64,000 nt of DNA from Porphyridium purpureum (taxonomy: Eukaryota). How positions within the stretch are numbered: the stretch's first letter is position 1; each line of letters begins with the position of its first letter. The DNA lies in assembly GCA_008690995.1 (NCBI GenBank), contig VRMN01000001.1:2232001-2296000 (forward strand), given 5' to 3'. This document shows positions 42,511-55,000 of this stretch, in pieces. A program made the position numbers and the translations under genes. The notes beneath the pieces were generated by a model that was given only the letters and a program-made list of their open reading frames with translations, did not search any database and was not told the DNA's origin.

Positions 42511-43263
42511 ATGGGAGACTCGGTTTTGGTCGCCGAGCCGATGCCCGGCGCGGACGCGCGGCAAGGGCTTGGCCCGCGCGAGAACTCGGCGCAGGCACGC
42601 GTTGCGGCAAAGAGCGCAGCGCTCAGTGAGAAGCCGTACTCGGGAAGCACGGTCACCGCGCAAAACGTCATTGTGTTTGACTGGGATGATACGATCATGC
42701 CCACGTCGTTTTTGGCGGTGCATGGCCTCCACAGCGAGAATGTTGACGTCCCAGTGCCGATTCCGGCGCCCATTCAGGAGGAGCTTAGACGGCTAGACGA
42801 CCTTGCCGTCGCACTGCTCGAGTGCGCGATGACCCTGGGCCGCACCATTATCATCACGAACGCAGAAAGTGGTTGGGTGGAGATGAGCGGGGCGCGTTTC
42901 CTGCCGCGAGTGTCCGCGTTCCTGACCAAAAAGTCTGTGCCAGTCATTTCGGCACGCACCAACTACGAAGCTCTTTCACCGACTAATCCGAACGACTGGA
43001 AGGTGAACGCGTTCCACCACGAAATCCAAATGCGCTTTGGCTTCTTGGCCGAGCTTAACATTCTCTCCGTAGGTGACGGTATCAGCGAGCGCGTTGCTGC
43101 TCACACGCTCGTGGGAATGATGCCGTCGTCGCTGGTCAAGACGGTCAAATTTGTAGAAAGACCTAACCTGTGTACTCTTCAACGCGAGCTCCACTTGATG
43201 ACGTCTACGCTCCATGACCTCTTCCAACATGCTGCGTCGTTTGACATCAACTTGGTCTCGTAG
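42511..43263 (+). CDS. HAD-superfamily hydrolase-like protein
   Basis: VIVFDWDDTI (motif I DxD), IITNAESGWV (motif II), WKVNAF (motif III Lys), SVGDGISE (motif IV). Confidence 0.85.
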   Translation: MGDSVLVAEPMPGADARQGLGPRENSAQARVAAKSAALSEKPYSGSTVTAQNVIVFDWDDTIMPTSFLAVHGLHSENVDVPVPIPAPIQEELRRLDDLAVALLECAMTLGRTIIITNAESGWVEMSGARFLPRVSAFLTKKSVPVISARTNYEALSPTNPNDWKVNAFHHEIQMRFGFLAELNILSVGDGISERVAAHTLVGMMPSSLVKTVKFVERPNLCTLQRELHLMTSTLHDLFQHAASFDINLVS

Positions 43264-43540
43264 CCAAACGCCCAGACCCTTGACCTCCCCAGTAAGCCAG
43301 GGAGGCGCCCAGGCCGGCAGCGCTCGAACGCTTGCCTTACTATACTGCTGACCTATTATTATTGTGACTTGGATATACAAAAAGCAACAAAGCTTTGTTC
43401 TGAAAAGCCCAAACGTTTGCCTCGTTCTCGACCCTGCAGTCAGGCCCTCGCGCTCATCGCACAACTTTGCTGCTCTTCACCAAGACTTCGGTGGCCTCTT
43501 CCGGTGCTCAACTGAAAGGATACAGGCGAAAGCAGTAGCG

Positions 43541-44749
43541 ATGTCTGGTCTGGACGAAGATCGTGAGCGCCGGCGTCTCGCATGGAGCGCCACCCAAGCT
43601 CACATACTGACAGGCGGCGGTCGTCTGAGCCGCTACTACACGCGAGAGCGCTTCCGGGTCGACGAACTGCCACACTACTATTTGTTGCGTGACGGCGCGA
43701 TTCATGACGTGATCTCCGCTTGGTTGCACGACGAGCAACGGATGAAGAAGACAAGTGTGCAAACAAAGCACGTACTGAACGGCGCGTGGCGTCGCACCGA
43801 GTTCCGCGGCGGAGATTATGTGGATACTGACACCGACGTGTTCAACGTGCAGGCAGGGCATTTGTTTGTAGACCTGCGCTTCCCTGCAGACCGAGCCAGC
43901 TTTGGCACGCATGCGAAGCGGCTTGAGGATCTCAGCGCGCGCGAGTTGCGCATACTGGCACGGCAACACTGTTTTGCTGGATACGGCATTTTTACACGTC
44001 AGGACACAAGTGGACGCAAGGAGGCAATGAACGTCTGCACGCGACACCACGCCATTGACTGGAACTACCATCCGCAATTCCCCCGCCAGCTTCCGAATAA
44101 GTGGAGATTCGTGCTTGGCCCCGACCATGGCGTACAAGAAACGCAGTCAGCTAATGACGTGTGCGGAGTTCCAGGCGCTACGTTTTTGTCTTTCGAGGAA
44201 TACAGCGTGATCAACGATTTTCTGGGTAGGCCATTATACTTTGAATCATGGAGCCGCTATCCGCGGGACTCCAACGGCGCGCGCGTCCTGGCGTTGCGGA
44301 GAATACGCCGCACGCAGGGCGGCTCAGACGCTGCGGCGTACCTGTGCATATCCGGCGTGCACTTTGCGTATGCGATTGACGAGCGATCGTACAGCCGACT
44401 CGCAGTAAAAGGAGCTGTGGCCGGCGGATGCGCCAACTTGGTTGATGCGGCATACCGTGACGACGACATCCAGCTTATGCGCGACCTGCTGCGCATTGAG
44501 GGCTCGTACGGGCGTGTGGACAAAGATTGGACTATTCTCAAATCGACGTATCCGTGGCGAGAGGGAGAAAAACTCCTTTGCCGCGACCGTGATCAGATTG
44601 CGCTTGTCATGGGCGACTTGTCGACGCCGCCGACGAACCAGCCCTGTCTTGTGTGGAACGATGTCAAGTGGGCCGTCCTCGAAAATACGTTTCCAGAAGC
44701 CGAACTGGTGACGCTCTTTGCCATGTTCACAAACCAGGCACGCCTATAA
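43541..44749 (+). CDS. Uncharacterised protein, possibly HRI1-like (start MSGLDED at 43541)
   Basis: Long clean ORF. GAWRR...VFNVQAGHLFVDLRFP, FAG, HHAIDW, YFESWSR recall HRI1-like beta-barrel proteins. Confidence 0.65.
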   Translation: MSGLDEDRERRRLAWSATQAHILTGGGRLSRYYTRERFRVDELPHYYLLRDGAIHDVISAWLHDEQRMKKTSVQTKHVLNGAWRRTEFRGGDYVDTDTDVFNVQAGHLFVDLRFPADRASFGTHAKRLEDLSARELRILARQHCFAGYGIFTRQDTSGRKEAMNVCTRHHAIDWNYHPQFPRQLPNKWRFVLGPDHGVQETQSANDVCGVPGATFLSFEEYSVINDFLGRPLYFESWSRYPRDSNGARVLALRRIRRTQGGSDAAAYLCISGVHFAYAIDERSYSRLAVKGAVAGGCANLVDAAYRDDDIQLMRDLLRIEGSYGRVDKDWTILKSTYPWREGEKLLCRDRDQIALVMGDLSTPPTNQPCLVWNDVKWAVLENTFPEAELVTLFAMFTNQARL

Positions 44750-44808
44750 TAAAAGAATGCTGAAGCAGCCATGCGCTTCGCGGCGCAGCAAACAATAGGC
44801 CCGCGTTC

Positions 44809-45165
44809 TCAATCTCTTGCCGCTCGGCTTGCGGGCGGCGCCACGCCTCGAAGAACACCGGCGCTTACCTGCTGGGCACTGGCCACGGCAGCAAGGCTTG
44901 TGCTGGCTTCAGTCATGTGCCCGGGCAACTCTCTCTCGATCTGCTCCACGCTCTTGCCCTGATCCTCCAGCGCAAACGAAGCCAAATGCAGCCCTTGCGT
45001 CCCCGCGGCGCGCTCCTGGATCAATGCGAGCAACTCGACGATCTCCGCCACATCATCCTTGGCACACTCGGCGGCGTACGCGCTTTCCTGGCTGTCCAGG
45101 CCGGCGCCTACCTTGCCGAAAAACGCATCCACCCGCGCTTCAAGCGTATTCAATGCCTCGTCCAT
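44809..45165 (-). CDS. Small helical hypothetical protein (start MDEALN at 45165)
   Basis: ATG-started 118-aa ORF with amphipathic helical composition, divergent from RUVBL1. Confidence 0.5.
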   Translation of the reverse strand: MDEALNTLEARVDAFFGKVGAGLDSQESAYAAECAKDDVAEIVELLALIQERAAGTQGLHLASFALEDQGKSVEQIERELPGHMTEASTSLAAVASAQQVSAGVLRGVAPPASRAARD

Positions 45166-45430
45166 CTTTCTCCCGCACCTTCGTCTTACCAAGTCTTCTT
45201 CCTCATTCAACGTCACACCTTGAAAAACAGTTCCAAGTTTCGGCCTTTCCCTTGAAACAAATCATACAGCACACGGTTTTTGATATATTTATATCAAATC
45301 AGGGCGTTTCCATCGTACTCACGAGGATAATTTTAGAGAGGGTGTACAGTCTATTTTAGAGGAAGAAGGAGAAAAGTACAGTGCTTGGCGACGGGGCCTG
45401 GTGCGAGGACTTGGCGCGGGGTAAGTGTGA

Positions 45431-46912
<1,482 letters not shown>

Positions 46913-47369
46913 TATGTTGCCGCGCGGAAGCAGCAAGCGACTCGTACTCGCCGATGCGTTTTAGGGACTGATGAGTCGGATTTCTAATGTAAATTACTTT
47001 ACTCATTTACAAATCGATTACGGCGTTTTCCGTGGCCGGCAGGACTAGATGGGGATCTTCAGTCTGGCGCATCCTACCAGAACCTTCAGAGCGTAGCGTA
47101 ACAGGACATGATCATAAGGTTTCTACCACATTTGCATAAAACATGATAGCGAATTGCAGCAAGCTTTTCTCGCCCACAAAACAAGAAATGAACAAGAGAC
47201 CGAGTAAACACATGTTTCAGAATGTGCTCTGTCGGGAAAGTCAGCCCTCTAGACCAGTGCGAGATGCACGGTTTGCCGGCACTGTCTCTCCGTGACAACT
47301 GTGCGCGCGGCTTAGATTCATCCAGGGCCGGAAAGCCATTTCTTCGCCTAATGGCGGAGAATAAAGCAC

Positions 47370-48330
47370 CTACTTTGATGTCATCACAATATTCTGGGGT
47401 GAAAAAGAGGGAGTCTGGTCGTCAAGCGAGCCGCCCTGAGCGCTGAGTCCCAGCGCGCTTTGCAAACGCTTCACAAGCAAACGCGCATGAGCTGCACGCG
47501 GCAACACACTGTGCGTCGACACCAACACGCAATTGACCATAATGGCACCATGTGCCACGTGTGACTTGCACAGCCCCTTGGCATTCGCGAAATACTGAAC
47601 AAATACAATTGGCACAGAAGTGTTGAATTCGGTTTCTTGCATCATGACACCGACACGCAGTGCATGACTAGGTACCAGCTTTCTGTTAGAAGACGTAAAG
47701 CGGCCTTTGCTCAGGGTCAGATGCTTGTCAAACTTCCATTCTACGCGCACGTAGTCTGAGGAGGCCACGCTCGCTTGCTTGTGACCCCAGACGATAACCC
47801 AGCAGATTTCTGTGGGGGAAACAAGCACGCGATTTCCCAGCTCGAGCTCGCTCATAGCCTTGGAGAAACCATCCCCGAGACTTACTGTTCCCGCTCCCAG
47901 GAAAGCAGTCACTTTCATTGCCGTCTCCACCCGCGCACATACACGGGATCTCCTCGATTTTTTTTAATCTCCAAGTTGGCCCGACTGGACACTTGCGATG
48001 CAGTAGGTGTCAAGAAGTCCGCTCGACGTGAAGCGATTACCCGTCGCATCCTTGGTGCAAGCACTGTTCTGATACTTTCCGGACGAATACCCACTTAGCA
48101 CGGCGCCATTGCATGTGGCATTTCATTGCGTCTACATATGTGGGGGAATGCCTTCCGGCCTTGCAGGTCTATCGTTTGCAATGTCCGTGTTCTGATTCAA
48201 GGAAAAGCGAGATTCATCGGAGAAGGAGCTTGTGTCTGTGAACACACACATACAGCTATATCCTGTACCGAAATCTGCTGCAGCGCGCACCTCACCACCT
48301 TTACCGTGACGAAACAGATTGCCATCACAT
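47370..48330 (-). pseudogene. Disrupted Hedgehog/Hint (Hog-type autoprocessing) domain gene with a Cys-rich N-terminal region (upstream boundary approximate)
   Basis: CFPGSG (Cys at 47907), then a 1-nt frameshift near 47890 into TVSLGDGFSKAMSELELGNRVLV...GHK...YVRVE...LTLSKGRF...ALRVG...GLCKSHVAHGAIMVNCVLVSTHS, matching the Hint pattern. Further stops and a frameshift upstream (T8 run at 47958-47965). Confidence 0.8.
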
Positions 48331-48951
48331 TCTTACGCGCGATGGCGTAAACTAGCAACACCCTTTCCAAGTGCCTGGACCGTTCTCACTGCGCTACTCT
48401 GTCTCTTCCTCCAAGATTCACGCACGTAGATTTCGAAGAGCGACGGCCTGGTTCCACACGAACTCTGCACTCTTTTACGGCAGTTCCTCCGATAGCCACT
48501 ATTTCGACGCGGCAACCCAATTTCGCACTCACGCACAAGACGGACTCTCTGTGCTCATTCTGCGTCTGCACGATGAGTGCCAGCTGCATGCCTCATCCAA
48601 TTCTGCGTCAGCTGACAATGACCAAGACCACATGCGAGCCCCCGTCTCTCCGCCAGAATCCATCCACACTTCCGCACATGGACATATCAGATGCAGCCCG
48701 TGCTGCGCTGCACCGCCAGCCGTCCCATACGCGCCAAACACAGTTTTCATGCTACAACCAGGCGTTTTGCTATAAACAACCGGAGTTCCAACAAACGCAC
48801 CGCCCATTTCCTTACGATGGAAACTGAACACACCTTGGTGTGAGGGTGTACAGTGCAGCACGTGTGCCTGGACGAGAGTGCGGAGACTGGCGGCAGAGCT
48901 GGTGGGTCATGCAGGAGAGGCTCGGGCGTGCTACGTGCAGGACATACAGAT

Positions 48952-49986
48952 ATGGCGTCAGCTGCGGACAGACGCGTGCGGCGCACGGGAGTGTACACAC
49001 TGGAGCACGATGAGGGATCGAGCGATGGCGAAGGCGCGGCGGTGTTGGGCCCGATCCCGGCGCAGAAAATGCCCATGAACGCCGCGACGGACTTTGCTCC
49101 GCGCGACACCGCCACTGTCAGCGCAAGGTCCGACCGGAATCAGGAGTTTCTGAACGCTTTCTATGAGTCGGACGCCGCGCCAGGTTCGTCAGTGCCAGGA
49201 GGCAAGCAAAAGTTTTCCGTAGACACGTCCGGGTCTTCATCCAGGCCGACCGACAGCTCGACGCCATCGACTTGGTACCAAGTCGGATTTTATACAAGCT
49301 ATTTCGCGGTGCATGCTGATGACGTCATGTGCCGTTTGAAGAACTCATTGTTACCCATTCACAGTCTGTACGTGGGATGCAGCAGTGACCAACCGGATCT
49401 GTACGGCCCATTCTGGGTCACGACCACCTTGATTATGGCCACTTCTGTAGGCTCCAATTTGTTCCTGCTCTTTCGCTCCTTGCTGCCGCATCCAGGCGCG
49501 CAGCAGCTTCCAGAGTACCTCCCGATCAATTTTGCGACGTTTGGGATGGCCGCAACCGTGTTTTACTTGTACGTGGGCATCATGTCGGTGGCTGTTTGGG
49601 CGACACGGAAGTATGTGGGCCTAGCATCGAGCCTCGCGTCCACGGTGTGCCTATACGGGTACAGCTTGACCGCGCTGATCCCCGCAGTGGTGATCTGCGC
49701 AGGCCCGAGCTCCACTCTGGTGTGGATCTCTTTAGCACTGGGGTTTGCCATCTCGATCGGTTTTCTTCTGCAGAACTTGTGGCGCGACGAAGTGCTGTCG
49801 AACGGAATATCGCTGCCGTTTGGCGACAGTGGCCCCAATTTCGACGCCACGCCCGGTGATCTAGAAGAAATACGGTCAGCGTCTGACAGCAGCGTGATGG
49901 CAAAGGGCAAAGGCGTCACATTGGCGTTGTCGGCGATTGGCGTCCACATTGGCCTCTTCCTGTTCATGCGCTTTTACTTTTTCTGA
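48952..49986 (+). CDS. Yip1-domain Golgi/endosomal membrane protein (YIPF1/2-like)
   Basis: FYTSYFAV...V.CRL..SLLP, PDLYGPFWVTTTL, CLYGYSL, multiple TM segments. Confidence 0.9.
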   Translation: MASAADRRVRRTGVYTLEHDEGSSDGEGAAVLGPIPAQKMPMNAATDFAPRDTATVSARSDRNQEFLNAFYESDAAPGSSVPGGKQKFSVDTSGSSSRPTDSSTPSTWYQVGFYTSYFAVHADDVMCRLKNSLLPIHSLYVGCSSDQPDLYGPFWVTTTLIMATSVGSNLFLLFRSLLPHPGAQQLPEYLPINFATFGMAATVFYLYVGIMSVAVWATRKYVGLASSLASTVCLYGYSLTALIPAVVICAGPSSTLVWISLALGFAISIGFLLQNLWRDEVLSNGISLPFGDSGPNFDATPGDLEEIRSASDSSVMAKGKGVTLALSAIGVHIGLFLFMRFYFF

Positions 49987-50123
49987 AACCTCGACACACA
50001 AACCCACTGAAACCCTCTTTTTCACAGAAATTACTTTGTAATGCATAATATCATCACAAAAAACGAATCTTCTTGGATACAAAAAGCAAACGTCCGAAAT
50101 TACCAAAAAGGGTTGTTCGAGGC

Positions 50124-51932
50124 ATGGCGTTCGCTGGTGGCGTTGGTAGCTTCAGCGAAGATGTGCACGCACGGCGCGCGTCAGAGATGGCGGCGCGCAG
50201 GCTGCCGCGACGTGGCTGGCGGCCATGGCGGCTGCGTGCATGCAAAGCAGCGGCACTGAGTTCTGTGGCGTTGGTGCTGATGCTGGCGGCTATCGTGGCG
50301 GGAATCCCAGACGCCGTGCACCAGACGGGCAAGACGGCGCGCGCCATGCTACAGATGTATGTGGTGTCTGGCGTGGAATTTGTGCGCTTGGGGAACGATA
50401 TGCGACGTGAAGCAGAAGGTGCGAACTTTGCCCGTACCAAAAGTATGGCAGAAGCAGCGCAAGATGTGCAGCGACGCACGAACATACCCCCAAGAGTTGT
50501 TGTGCAAGACGGGCAGGTGAAAGCGGCGTTTGCGCCGGATTGCTCATTGCAACTGTCTGCCGCGGTCCCGATAGCTACCGTATCGGCAGAATCGGATGAT
50601 ACGGATGCAGTGATAAGGGAGGACAGCCCGCAGTGTTTCTTGGTCGGCGAATTTGCCGATCGGCTCTTTGTAGAGTTTCAGTTCGGTGCTGGAGGCAGGC
50701 GGTCGTATTTATTCCAGGAGCCGACGATAAAATGGTCTGCGACAAACTCTGATGGTCATCAGGGAGTCAATTCCATGCAGGTCGGCGTGGAAGATTACGC
50801 CGTATGCCTTGAATGTGGCCTCGGCAAGTTCTCGGTTGGCTTTCGATGTCCGGAAGTCGAAGATTTTGTCGACAGCGCCACTTATTGGACAGTGGACATC
50901 GAAGTGCGTGCGCTGAAAACAGGCTCTATCCAATTGCGCGTGCAGAAACTTTGCGCCAAACCCGGCTCGATCAACCCCTTTGTTCAGGCGGGGCGTGTGA
51001 ATGTCGCCAAGCAGCTTGAGCTAATCTTATCATCCGCCCAAGATGCCGCCAACAGATCAGAGCACAAAGGCGTTCTGGAGTTCCCGCATTGGATTTCCCC
51101 GAATGCTGCTTCGGTCTTGGTTGGGCTCATTCATCAGCAACCGCTCGGGGTACAAACCTTTCGGGTTCCCGAGATCACGATCCTAAATCCAGAGTCCAAG
51201 ATGCGCGTGCGCGTTCACCCGAGCAATCAAAATGGTGGCATAGTCCCGGACGAGTACACGTCTTTCGCAGTGAATTTTGAGTGTGCGGACTCTGATAGCG
51301 CGCGAATTTTGGTCACGATCCCCATTCCACCATTTGACCCGGTTTTCGTGCGTATGGCCAAGAACTGCGGCGGGCTGCCGCCAGCGTCATTGAGCGTGAG
51401 CACCATTGATTTCGGCGAGCGCAACGTTTACCATGAGGGTATTCTTGTGTCGGCATCCTCAATGGACGGTACGGGAAGTTTTGATGCCGATGCGCTGTTC
51501 ATGGACGAATCTGTGAACGTGATGGACTTCTTCCTCGAAAGCACGGATAGAGAGGAAGAGCTCAGATTCGAGCCGTTTATGCTGACCGTGAATAACGAGT
51601 CGACTGCTTTTGCTCGAGTGGTAGTGCCGCCTTTTCAGTCACTGTTTTTCATGAACCCGGCGGGTCAAGCAATCGCGCCACTCTCGAGCAAACGACTGCG
51701 CACGCATGTAATATGCAAACGCGCAGGCCTTGTTACCATCCGCCTCGACCTGAAGGTAGTTGCTTTTGCCAAAATTACGGTGGTGATCGAAAAGCGGTGC
51801 AAGGATCCTCGCATCCATACGGCCAGAGATCCAAAGACACATTTTATTCGGCTCGTGCTCGGTCTACTCGTTTTGGGTGTGGGCGCATACGTCGCTGCCC
51901 TTCGATACGTCCGCGCGCGACGGCGGAAGTAA
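50124..51932 (+). CDS. Uncharacterised membrane protein: N-terminal hydrophobic segment, Cys-containing beta-rich ectodomain, C-terminal TM + RARRRK
   Basis: About 600-aa clean ORF with a clear topology; no family recognised. Confidence 0.75.
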   Translation: MAFAGGVGSFSEDVHARRASEMAARRLPRRGWRPWRLRACKAAALSSVALVLMLAAIVAGIPDAVHQTGKTARAMLQMYVVSGVEFVRLGNDMRREAEGANFARTKSMAEAAQDVQRRTNIPPRVVVQDGQVKAAFAPDCSLQLSAAVPIATVSAESDDTDAVIREDSPQCFLVGEFADRLFVEFQFGAGGRRSYLFQEPTIKWSATNSDGHQGVNSMQVGVEDYAVCLECGLGKFSVGFRCPEVEDFVDSATYWTVDIEVRALKTGSIQLRVQKLCAKPGSINPFVQAGRVNVAKQLELILSSAQDAANRSEHKGVLEFPHWISPNAASVLVGLIHQQPLGVQTFRVPEITILNPESKMRVRVHPSNQNGGIVPDEYTSFAVNFECADSDSARILVTIPIPPFDPVFVRMAKNCGGLPPASLSVSTIDFGERNVYHEGILVSASSMDGTGSFDADALFMDESVNVMDFFLESTDREEELRFEPFMLTVNNESTAFARVVVPPFQSLFFMNPAGQAIAPLSSKRLRTHVICKRAGLVTIRLDLKVVAFAKITVVIEKRCKDPRIHTARDPKTHFIRLVLGLLVLGVGAYVAALRYVRARRRK

Positions 51933-52023
51933 GTATTGTTTCCATGCTATGAGACAGACCCCGACGGTCGATCGAGAGCCTTTATCTAACCGGCTCGGAA
52001 AGGAAGACGACGTGATCGATAGA

Positions 52024-55000
52024 CTACACCTCATGTCTCTTTTGCGCTTGAATGAACCGGTAGAGCTCGTGGCGGATCAAGCGCCGTTGCCTAAGTACAA
52101 CTACGACTATCGTGATGAAAAGCATGGCGCTTGCTCCTCTTAGCGCGGAATGCCGGTCTATATCGTGTTTGAAATAATCCCCAGGCATTCTGGAAAGCGA
52201 CAGGCTTCCTGGAGGTAACTTGACGTTGACCTCACTTGTGGCACGCTCGCCCGAGCTATCGATAACGTGCGCTCTTCGGACATGAGGAAAGTGCACAGCT
52301 TCCACGTGAGCAGAAATTGGCACGGCTCTTACGGTCTCGTCAGAGCAGACCGAGCTTCCAGCCAGCTCTCCCGACACAGAAGAACGCGAAAAAGGCTTAA
52401 AACTTGCAAGCATTTGCTGAGGAATGTCAAACAATCGCGGCGGAAGTTGCTCTTTTAGTGTGCGTGACGTTTGCCATGAAGCAGCGCCGTAGGCCTTTTC
52501 TTTCGAACCCCAAGCCTTGGCCTCCATTCTTTCCGCTGGTTTCGTGGATGCCGCCATCGCATTGAGCGCGCGCGTAACGACGTCGAAACACGGCTTTGTC
52601 GTAGCCAAATCCACGTACTGAGAATCAATACAAGTAGTATCACCCATCGCAAAAATAGAGCCGCCCGATGTGCTCACATTCCGAGCCAGAACAAGCATGG
52701 CTTGATCAGGAATGGGCACACGCGGGGCACTGCGGCCCTTGTTGGCAGAGCACGAATGTCCATGAAGCACCTCGGCACCGAACGGGATCCAATCAGGATC
52801 TATTGGCGCACCGTCTCGGACCGTGAATGACAGCCCGTCAGATCGGACCGTGCACGAGACAACCGCGTCAGTGAAGCGGATGCCAAAAGGCGAAAGTATT
52901 TCATTCAAAGCCATCAGGTTCGACCCACCACTTACTGCACTCCACTGCGTGCGAGATGATTCGTCATAAAAGCTTAGTTCGCTTGCAATCTTGGCATTGA
53001 ACCATTCCGCAAAGACCAGCAAGTTTCCGCCTTGTTCCTGCACAAAGTGCTGCAGAATCACAATGTCTCGCGAATCAAAAAGTTCCTCCGGATCCACCAG
53101 CATGATGTTCCCATAGTTCGTGAGAACACTGGAGCCGGTTGTTCGGCAGCAGCAGTACCAGGGCGTGTTCCAAAGTTCCACAAAGTAGCCTGCTTTCACA
53201 AGCGCACGGAACAGGCCGTGGAAGTTTGTGTGCGGGTGATCGCCCAGCCAATCCATCATATATCGCGAGTCGAAGAGGTTATCTCGTGGCACATAGCCCG
53301 GCGGGTAACTCACGGAATGAAATTGATCCCACAGTATTCGCTTTTCACGAGACGGACGTGGTACGATTTTGACTCTTATCGGAAAATCAACAGAGTCTGT
53401 CTCTTCCACAAAAAGCCGCAGCACTCCAGTGGCAGTGATGGCTGGAATACTTCCGCTGCCTCCCAGAAAGGCCGCGTTTGGAAGCTGGTCGTTTACCTCA
53501 ATGTGAAGACCAAAAGCACCGCACCAAGCTGATAGTGGCTGCTCGAGACCTGAGGCAGATACATGAAGCCACTTTCCGTGCTCGGAATCGGGGAGCCACT
53601 CGACGCGCTTTATGCGAGAGCGGCTGTAGCGATGACCCGTCCCGGAGCTGAACAGTGTGATGTTCAGTGACATCGGCATCGAAGAAACAAAGAGAGGCTG
53701 AGCGCAGAATGGCCACATGTACTCGCACGGATGCTCGTCCATGTCTACGTATGCGGGCAGCAAAGAGAGTGATGAGGATCCTGGCACGCCAGCCTGCGGA
53801 CCAAGAATAATTCGTTTGAGTTCCTGAGCCGCCTCATATATGTCCAGTAATCCTGAGCCTTGCTCGTACATGCTCGACTCAGGCAGGCGACTCGCCGAAC
53901 GAAGAAGTGCTCTTTTGATACTTCCAACGTGAACGGCGCCGCTCAAGCGGGCTTCCTCGGGCAGTGCAGAGATCATGAGAGCCAGCGCGCCAGAAACAAT
54001 GGCGGCCGTAAAGGAGGAGCCAGAAACTCGGTCGCATTGATAGGGGTGCCGATGGTTCAGCGCCTCTAGCTGCCGCCCATAAGTCACAATATCTGGCTTC
54101 ACGCGGCCGTACGCGAACGGACCAGAATCAATCTCGTGAAGTGTCATGCCGCGCGACGTGAATTTCGCTACGGACCCGTCTAGCTCCACTCCCCCAACGC
54201 CAACCACATGAATCAGGTCCGCAGGGTTATTTGCCGAGCCCCACAGAGGGCCGTCGTTGCCAATGGCAGAGACTACGATAACACCGGCTTCAGCAAGCTC
54301 TCGAATCTTGTCAATAAATGGTACGTCATGGTGATCTGGGCCGCCAATGGACAAATTTAACACATGCACGTTTGCATGGAGTGCATAGTTGAAGGCGTCG
54401 AGAAACCAAGCTGTGAATGACACAAGCGCTCCTTGAAAGACACGAAAGATCACAAGCTCACTGTCAGGAGCAATACCAGGACACATAGCATGGTTTGACG
54501 CAATCAGGCTAGCAACATACGTACCGTGTCCAACGGTATCTTCCGTAGAGGATTCGTTAGTCCAGCTTGTTCGCTCGCTTACATGTATGATCTCGGGCAC
54601 ATCGCGGGCGAGACCAGTGTCAAAGACCGCAACGCGCACACCAGCTCCTTTATACCCAAGCGCCCACAAACGATGAGCATTAAAAAGTTTGAGGTTTCTT
54701 ACCGAGTCTAGATTCTCAGAAGACCCTCGGCTCGAAGTCCTGCCTGCGTTTTCGGGTTCTGGTGGGACGAGAGCCAACATGCGCGTTTTCCCCGGCCGCT
54801 GCTCAGGAAATATTTGTCTCACGTCTGGATCACCACGCAGATACTCGAGCAAGTCTACGAAACAAGAAGCGCGAATCTCGGCGTCTCGTTCGAGTTCTTC
54901 GTCCGGCAGCTCCACGTTCAAATGTAAAATGTCCGTTGGAAAGGCGTACCGTCGCGCCAAGTTCGTTGCTTGCAGCTGGACCCTGACCGTCGCAAAGTCC

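Noticed and set aside
46968..46975. CTGATGAG hammerhead-ribozyme core
   Set aside because: No downstream stem II plus GAAA and no flanking helices found
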